Shown piece by piece: positions 24,601-30,182 of a stretch of DNA of 30,182 bases. The DNA is from a virus (lineage: Duplodnaviria > Caudoviricetes), in IMG/VR virus record IMGVR_UViG_3300042199_000240, positions 1-30,182 of that record; one strand, given 5' to 3'. The notes under the pieces are model-generated. The model made no database searches, was not told the origin of the DNA, and was given only the letters and a program-made list of their open reading frames with translations. The first letter of the stretch is position 1; the number at the start of each line of letters is the position of its first letter. The position numbers and the translations under genes were made by a program.

Positions 24601-27600
24601 ATGGTAAGTGGCGTCCAGATAAAGACCCGGCAAAGCGTGCAGAGCATCAGAAGATGCTTAACGAGGCTGCTGGTCGCTGGCAAGCACCGCAAGACCTACC
24701 TGTAATTGATTACAAGGCTGGCGCTGCTGAAGATGATAAAGATATTCCTAACGCAGTTGTTGTTGCTCGTCCTACACCTCCCCGCATGATTGAGATGCCA
24801 GCATTCCAAGGAGAGATGGCAAATATTGCTCGTGAAGCAGGTGGAGACTGGAATAAGTTCCGTCAACTAATTGGTGAACGCGATATTGTTTTCTTTGATT
24901 TTGAAACAACAGGTGTTCAATTAGAAGATGGAAACGAACCTTGGCAGGTAGCCGCAGTTCGTATGCGTGGTGGAAAAATTGTTGACCGCATAAATATATT
25001 TATGAATCCAGGTCGTTCCATCAGGGACACATACGCTGGACGTGATACTGATGGTGTTCCAAATGCTGTTGACGCAGATGGAAATAAACTTACAGATGAA
25101 TTTTTAGCGCAGCAACCAAACCAAGAAGAAGCAATGAAACAACTTCTTGAGTGGGCTGGGCCAGATGCAATATTTGGCGCACAGAATATGGCTTTTGATG
25201 AAGAAGTTGCTCGTCGTATGGCAGACCGTTATGGTCTTGATTGGGCTCCAGCAGGTCTTTTAGATGTTCTTCCAATGGCTAAAGACATTTACAAGGACCA
25301 ACCAAAAGAAAACCGTCCTAAGACTCCTAAAGGACGTGAGAGTTATGCTCTAGGTAATCTTGCTAAACATCTTGGTATCGACCTTGATAATTGGCACGCA
25401 GCAGATGCTGACGCGGAAGCAGCAGCAAAGATATTTGATGCTCTTGTTGATAAAGGTATTGAGTTTGACGCTGGTAAAGATTTGTTTGATGTTGATGCTC
25501 GTAATGACGAGTATGTGGCAAAAATGGCAGATTACAACGCTGCTCTGGCTGACTATGATGTAAAACTTGGAGAATATGTTGCTGCTAAGGCACTAAATGA
25601 TGCTCTTGCTGGCAAACCTGTAAATATTGATGATGTTGTAAAGGCTGCCACCCCAAATAAGGCAGAAGGACAAGAAGTTGATGCTGGTCCAGTTGGTCTT
25701 GAGCCCGAGCCTATTCGCGCTAATCCAGAACCAGTAGTTCTTGATTTCACACCTAACGCGGACTTCCCTCGTGGCAAGATGATTATGAAAGACCGCGACT
25801 GGGTTCTCAACGATGACAATACAGTGCTTCTACCTCGTGAAAATATTCGTATGCGTGATTTGCTTCCTGGTGATTTTATGCAGTCAAAAGATGGAAACAC
25901 CATTTGGCAAGTAGTTGCTGTTCGTGGTGGAGAAGAGTTTGGTCTTGCTCCAGGACGTGTAAAAGTTTATCGTCGCAATATTGATAATGGTGAAGTTTCA
26001 ACATACGAACATTTCCATGGAGTATTTCTTGATGGTGTTCGTCGTCCAATCAACCCTCGTGACCTTGATGCTCCAGACACAGTAGTTGAAGGAGAGAAGG
26101 CTCCATTTATTGTCAACAAAGAAGAAAACGTAGAAGCGATTGAAAAAGAGTCAAAGCCAAACGATGTTGTCTACAAAGATGTTAGACCTATTGGTGACTT
26201 TGCTGAAGGCGTTATAAAAATAACTAAAGAAGAAGACGGACGCTACAAAGCATCTGTAACTATCTATGACGAAAACTATCAAAATCAATTCTACTTTAGC
26301 GAAACTTACAGAACTTATGAAGGAGCAAAAGCAGAGGCAGAGGCTGCCTTTGATGAAAGAGCAAAAGAACTCATTGCTGAGCGTCGTCAGGCTGTTCCTG
26401 AACCAGAAGAAGCAAGAGCAAAAGATGTTCCAGTCTCTCGCGGTAGTGTTCCTGGAGATGCGCAAGACGCTCCTCAAATCATAGAGGTAGAGAATCTTCC
26501 TAACAATATTATGGGAGATATTAAGATTGAAAATGTTGGAGACGAGAAGCCAGATTTCAAAGCAGACGCTATTGTAAAAGATGTTGACGGTGATGTAATA
26601 GCGAACCAAACAACAAACCATGAGAGCAAACGTGATGCTGAAAAAGAAGGACGCGATTTCGTCAATCGTGTTGTTGACGCAATTCAAAATCCAGAAAAAC
26701 CAACAGAAGAAAAACCAAAACGTGAACGTGCAAAGAAACCTCTTACAGAAGAGCAAATCAAGGCTGCTGAAGAGCAAGAAGCAAAAGACAAGGACAATGC
26801 TTGGGTAGAAGCCAATGCTGGTCGTCTTGCTCCTATTGAAGCACAAGATGTAAAGGCTGGAGATTTCTTCTGGGAACCATTCTGGGGCAACTATGCAGAA
26901 ATTATTGAAGTTAAGTATGTTGGCGGTCCACTAAATCGTGTCCGTTATAAAGTTCTAAATAGAGTAAATGGACAAACAGAATTACGTTATTTTGAAGCAA
27001 CTTCTCCTCTAAGAAATATGCGTCGTCCTGGAATTGCTGATGAAGAGTTTGAAATTGAAAAACCAAAAGATGGAACAAATAGAGGCGCTAAACGTGGAGA
27101 AATTAAACGTCTTCCTTTAGAAGAAAGAATTGTTGCTAAAGAAGGTCGCCCTATGGGTGGAAAGTTTGAAAAAGAAGGCTTTTATAAAGATGCCAATGGT
27201 TATTCTCTAAAACCTGGTGATGTTGTTATTGACCCTAAGAAACCAGAATTGGGTCGTGGCGTTGTCAAGCGACGCGAAGGTGCACAGGTTGAAGAAGGTA
27301 AAAAAGCGGGTGGTCTAGGTCGAAAAGGAAAGATGTACTTAGACTATGTCGTTGTTCAATGGGAAAATGAGCAACCTAAAGAGTTTAAGTTCCCTGGCGC
27401 TAAACGTAAAGCAAAAAATCTTGTTGCTCTATTTGAGATTGATGAGCCAATTAATCTTCCAGACTTCTTCCAAGGTGGAAAAGCAGTTCCAAATATTATT
27501 CCTGGTGAAAAACTTGCAGACTGGGAGAGAGAACTCTTAGGAGTGCCTGCCCAGGGGGCAGAACCTAAAGGTGCTCCAGAAGCAGAACAAAGAATAGAAG

Positions 27601-29810
27601 TACCACAGCCTGGTAAGGAAGATAAGTGGGCTGTGCCACTTATGGAACCTATCGAGCCAAAAGACAAAGGTAAAGATTTACAAGACCAAATTCAACGTGC
27701 TATTGATGCGAAAGATGATATTTCTTTCAACTACAATGGAAAAACACGCTATGTAAGTCCGTTAGCAATTTGGGTAAACCCTCAGAATGGAAATATAAAT
27801 CTTCGTGCTATTGAAAATGGTGACCTAAAGAACTTTACCATTGGCAAGATGGATTACATAGAAAATCCAGAAGGTGTCGTAAGACCTAAACCTGCTGACA
27901 ATGCAGAACCAATAGATATTAACTTTGAGTTAAATAACGACAACATCAAAGATGGTCTTGAAAAACTTCGTCAAGGAATTAGGGCTCTAAAGAAAAAGAA
28001 GGGTGGGCGAGATACCACTCTAACTAACGCTGAGAGAGCACTTGATAATTTCTTATCTAATCTTGACGTTAGTGATTACAGAAAAATAAATACATCTGAA
28101 TTAGATGCTCTCATACGTCGTCTTGGTAGAACCAATGGAGCAGAAAATCTTGCTCTTGCTGCTGAAAAACTAAGAAACATAGTTCTTCCAGAGAAGCAAC
28201 GTCTTGAGGTTGAATTCAATAAGAATATGTTTGATAATTTAAATAAGCCTTTAGCAGTTTCTGTTGGCGATGTAGATAATATTAATGCTGTAAATGTAAA
28301 AGATGTTGTAAAAGAAATTGTTGACAGACTTCCAGACAATGGAAGAGACGGTGCTGCTTACAGACTAAGTCTTGCTCGCAATTATCTTGAGAGATTTGGT
28401 AGCAACATATCTACCGATGATGATTTGATGATGTCAGAGTTTTCTGACCTAAATGAGGCAATCAATTACTTAGATGGATTGCCAGTTGATGCTACTGCTA
28501 TAAAAAATCAATTAGAAGCACTAAAGAATTCTGTAAAAGCATATGCTAAGAAGAATAAGAAACCTTTTGGCAAAGCAAATATGCCATTTATTGACCCTGT
28601 TGCTCTTCAAGAGAAAAGAGTTGCTGATGGAGTAAATAAATTTGATTTAGCAAAAGCAGATAATCTAAAAGCGCTTATTGCTGATGACCAAGTATTTGCC
28701 AATAACGCTTTCCTTGCTCCATATAAAGATGAACTACAAAAATTCTTTGCTCAAGATGGAGAAGTTCCTCTTGCTGCTCTAAGTCCAGATGCTCGTCAGG
28801 CTCTATCTCAATTAGTAAGCGATGAGGTAAGAAAACCTGGAACTGGAAGCACAGATGCTAAGAAAATTCGTGCTAACGAACTTGCTCGCATGATTATGGG
28901 ACTTCACGAAGAAAAACTTGCTCTTAATCCTAACCGTGATGACTTAGGACCTGCTGGAGAAGAACTCAAGGATATTGATTTCAATGCTGTCTTTAATTTT
29001 GGTCAGAATTTGAATGGTCGTAGAGCAGTTAACCTTGAAATCAATGGTCAACCTACAGGATTCAAAATTCAAGCAGTTGGTGACGGAATCAACGCTTCTT
29101 ATAACTATCGTTTGATTCATAAAGCATCTGGTCAAATTTTCTACTTCAAGCGTGAGCGTAGTTTAGAGTCTGCTGATGCAGAATATGCTTCAAACCAAGT
29201 TGCTCGTGCTTTGAATATTGCTGGCACTCCTGTTGTAGTAAGACACAACAATGATGCAAGAGTTTTGATTATGACAAATGCTGGAGACTCTCTAGACTTT
29301 GAAAAAGACCCAACTATTGCTGGAAATTCTGGTAAAAACTATGACGATGTTGCAGCAAGAGCAGCAATTGCTGATTTAGTTGCTTTTGGTGTTCTCGATG
29401 CTGTTATCGTCAACACAGACCGACACACTCATAACTTCCTTCTTGGAGATTTTGATAGAGGAAATGTAGATGGAAATGGTCGTGAAGAAATTCAAATCCT
29501 TCCTATTGACCACGGATTTGCTCAGTTGTTCCAAAATAAATATAGAGTTAATGACCCTCTTGACTACATGACTGGTGGAGATGGTCGTGATGGCGGAAAA
29601 ATTAACAAGGCTCTTGCTAGAGATATTGGCGCTGCTACTTATAAAGAACTTGTTGATATGACCATACAACAAGCAATCCAAGCAATCGAGCGCGGAGACT
29701 TTTTAGCAGATTTGAAGCCGTCAGATAAACAAGAAATTATAGACAGACTACTTCGTCTAAAGGGAATTGATGTAGACAAGTGGAAATCTAGTTTAGCGAA
29801 GAAACTATAA
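21642..29810 (+). CDS. giant 2722-aa multidomain protein, probably virion-associated: internal repeats, DEDDh exonuclease, WYL-like domain, C-terminal HipA/PI3K-like kinase
   Basis: FFDFETTG/AQNMAFD/HAADAD; IQRAID..ISFNY..RYVSP..NFTIGKM; YFK...NTDRHTHN...IDHG. Confidence 0.8.
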   Translation: MSRIRRISYAISQDGRRATSLNQARRIRESVLSLVEEANLNSNPSRRITKKAAFSVVLRSLQATRHLPFSLREHMALKELSNYINLAKHNKTTALVYSHTDLLPISHPRSTREHSMTASALADARARWIVDDERITNDTAKTILASALTAEVDSVEHAYYISALSALPQGTIPADVLIAAIGDGNSPLARSLRAQLQRRDRKGRFAFQGGGVKALIRRGGKVFSLVGRTLMDAPDGKVLMELPDGRIAKITPEKGEYIKAVLNPTKDGFSPKPVRFSATDDIIDEADLEFVDSPEGWTKEGNYTWKNENWVVTKDDFGNFRASDGKGGNVEGKSWADILDGIDDVDKPSQKAVLPEKEKAEKKSFEFDYPAGAFKLKVGQEYEPQGRQEEDQPNDFTDDPVELAQKFDPRDLVQALEEAVIPQGENENAFGYGNLSFEDGDGLVEADAIYNALKEAGEDADLELAKIYDKANQNNNNEQALLDSRKGPEVVRTSEPDVAEAFERVTEEGTSDVAPAAEEPEFVEEKRDETPLPPLLKGLTENELARFMESKDHTPHLPKNEDLNVPEGYNKLDPAPFNNWREVTPDNPDPVLPEGFSDNPVFLAQNVSEDDLKKELRRAVEPGNEAPGYGAIKLKTEDGEDFVANVPGEAIRDALQLQGVDTNDELNKIYMEGRTPQKQGITDGEAGDILAQIEADDAGEALAPAEKKTIRPEIPEDFEVNAVEEIPDGIAEYPKPADVAPAAPGGPGGPGGPGDGDGEGESPKGPYRIVSKVTGLQPGDITVGDHFVITEIGEKVPGTDRVKIKGYYPGHVEQDTKQWNEWREIEVIRGAEAPAQGDLPVLSKPKEKDFGRRKKDADGNWGFANPEDQARFDAAMAEYNVQLDAAKKRFADPTEPKNQPHRALVRAADVKPGDITTDPKKGHFVIERVFTDENTKPGFVSVEGYYPGHVTQRKEWKVDTQIDVIRNVEAPAKGELPELHQPHQVVDGKWRPDKDPAKRAEHQKMLNEAAGRWQAPQDLPVIDYKAGAAEDDKDIPNAVVVARPTPPRMIEMPAFQGEMANIAREAGGDWNKFRQLIGERDIVFFDFETTGVQLEDGNEPWQVAAVRMRGGKIVDRINIFMNPGRSIRDTYAGRDTDGVPNAVDADGNKLTDEFLAQQPNQEEAMKQLLEWAGPDAIFGAQNMAFDEEVARRMADRYGLDWAPAGLLDVLPMAKDIYKDQPKENRPKTPKGRESYALGNLAKHLGIDLDNWHAADADAEAAAKIFDALVDKGIEFDAGKDLFDVDARNDEYVAKMADYNAALADYDVKLGEYVAAKALNDALAGKPVNIDDVVKAATPNKAEGQEVDAGPVGLEPEPIRANPEPVVLDFTPNADFPRGKMIMKDRDWVLNDDNTVLLPRENIRMRDLLPGDFMQSKDGNTIWQVVAVRGGEEFGLAPGRVKVYRRNIDNGEVSTYEHFHGVFLDGVRRPINPRDLDAPDTVVEGEKAPFIVNKEENVEAIEKESKPNDVVYKDVRPIGDFAEGVIKITKEEDGRYKASVTIYDENYQNQFYFSETYRTYEGAKAEAEAAFDERAKELIAERRQAVPEPEEARAKDVPVSRGSVPGDAQDAPQIIEVENLPNNIMGDIKIENVGDEKPDFKADAIVKDVDGDVIANQTTNHESKRDAEKEGRDFVNRVVDAIQNPEKPTEEKPKRERAKKPLTEEQIKAAEEQEAKDKDNAWVEANAGRLAPIEAQDVKAGDFFWEPFWGNYAEIIEVKYVGGPLNRVRYKVLNRVNGQTELRYFEATSPLRNMRRPGIADEEFEIEKPKDGTNRGAKRGEIKRLPLEERIVAKEGRPMGGKFEKEGFYKDANGYSLKPGDVVIDPKKPELGRGVVKRREGAQVEEGKKAGGLGRKGKMYLDYVVVQWENEQPKEFKFPGAKRKAKNLVALFEIDEPINLPDFFQGGKAVPNIIPGEKLADWERELLGVPAQGAEPKGAPEAEQRIEVPQPGKEDKWAVPLMEPIEPKDKGKDLQDQIQRAIDAKDDISFNYNGKTRYVSPLAIWVNPQNGNINLRAIENGDLKNFTIGKMDYIENPEGVVRPKPADNAEPIDINFELNNDNIKDGLEKLRQGIRALKKKKGGRDTTLTNAERALDNFLSNLDVSDYRKINTSELDALIRRLGRTNGAENLALAAEKLRNIVLPEKQRLEVEFNKNMFDNLNKPLAVSVGDVDNINAVNVKDVVKEIVDRLPDNGRDGAAYRLSLARNYLERFGSNISTDDDLMMSEFSDLNEAINYLDGLPVDATAIKNQLEALKNSVKAYAKKNKKPFGKANMPFIDPVALQEKRVADGVNKFDLAKADNLKALIADDQVFANNAFLAPYKDELQKFFAQDGEVPLAALSPDARQALSQLVSDEVRKPGTGSTDAKKIRANELARMIMGLHEEKLALNPNRDDLGPAGEELKDIDFNAVFNFGQNLNGRRAVNLEINGQPTGFKIQAVGDGINASYNYRLIHKASGQIFYFKRERSLESADAEYASNQVARALNIAGTPVVVRHNNDARVLIMTNAGDSLDFEKDPTIAGNSGKNYDDVAARAAIADLVAFGVLDAVIVNTDRHTHNFLLGDFDRGNVDGNGREEIQILPIDHGFAQLFQNKYRVNDPLDYMTGGDGRDGGKINKALARDIGAATYKELVDMTIQQAIQAIERGDFLADLKPSDKQEIIDRLLRLKGIDVDKWKSSLAKKL
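23871..23924 (+). repeat. in-frame low-complexity repeat (CCTGGCGGT)x3 plus GGAGAT/GGAGAA, a PGG/GD linker
   Basis: Read directly from the sequence. Confidence 0.9.
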
Positions 29811-29822
29811 GGAGAAAATGAC

Positions 29823-30182
29823 ATGGCACTAAATGTATACAGAGTTTATAACGTAGATAATGTTCTCCCAGAAGATGCTGCTCATTTATTTTCTATAGTC
29901 ACCACCGAGAATAGTGCTGCCTATGCTATTCCTAGTAATCCAGACATCACTGATTTTGAAGGTTTTGACGAGAAAAGAATAGAATTCCTTCTTTCTCGTG
30001 AAGAAAATCCTCCAACAACACCAGAAGAGTGGGCACTAGTTGCTTCACAAAATATGTCTATGCTTGATGTAATACCTGTTTCTGATGTTGAATATGAAAC
30101 AGTAGAAGAAGCAATTCTTGAAGAGGGATACCTAGCAGAAGATGCTTGGTATTTTAGAAATCCAGATAGAGCAACTCCTGTT
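29823..30182 (+). CDS. acidic hypothetical protein, truncated by the window end
   Basis: SD AAGGAG; MALNVYRVYN... open to the end of the window. Confidence 0.75.
   Translation, partial: MALNVYRVYNVDNVLPEDAAHLFSIVTTENSAAYAIPSNPDITDFEGFDEKRIEFLLSREENPPTTPEEWALVASQNMSMLDVIPVSDVEYETVEEAILEEGYLAEDAWYFRNPDRATPV

Noticed and set aside
24885-25450. Stand-alone dnaQ or DNA polymerase
   Set aside because: The DEDDh domain is embedded in the giant ORF and no polymerase motifs are visible
23960-27270. Intein/Hint domains suggested by LxPGD motifs
   Set aside because: No N-terminal Cys block, TxxH or C-terminal HN-(C/S/T) motif was found; SH3-like repeats are more likely
21642-29810. Many antisense and alternate-frame ORFs in the track (e.g. 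26151-26846, 22118-22486) and similar ones over 552-3530
   Set aside because: They are shadows of long, motif-bearing + strand genes and have no RBS or recognisable motifs

Overview
This is a segment of a large tailed-phage genome. The host is probably an actinobacterium: the portal resembles that of cluster B mycobacteriophages, there are DUF1360 and DUF3846 proteins, and several sigma70-type promoters are leaderless. The moderate-to-low GC would fit a low-GC freshwater lineage (inference). Bases 1-13.2 kb (+) and 13.3-15.7 kb (-) form a convergent early/accessory region of many short genes, most with their own TTGAC(A/T)-N16-18-TAnnnT promoter. Recognisable products there are a MoxR-type AAA+ ATPase with a HEXXH/VWA partner, a dual-specificity phosphatase, HTH proteins, a secreted lytic transglycosylase, a peptidoglycan-binding-like protein, and Zn-finger and membrane microproteins. 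An AT-rich divergent non-coding block (15.74-16.2 kb) follows. To its right lie an Ntn-hydrolase protease, a second double-HTH protein, DUF1360, the portal, a modular head-associated protein and a 2722-aa polyprotein with DEDDh exonuclease, WYL-like and HipA/PI3K-like kinase domains. Three non-coding signals stand out. (i) Four loci of + strand RNA hairpins have C/U-rich loops complementary to the unusual G-run ribosome-binding sites of the early genes. (ii) A strand-polarised TGCGGT motif occurs about 30 times versus 1 over 7.2-15.6 kb. (iii) About 16 dispersed AAAAAGTAAAA boxes are confined to the early region. All counts are by eye and all family assignments come from motif recognition, not database searches.
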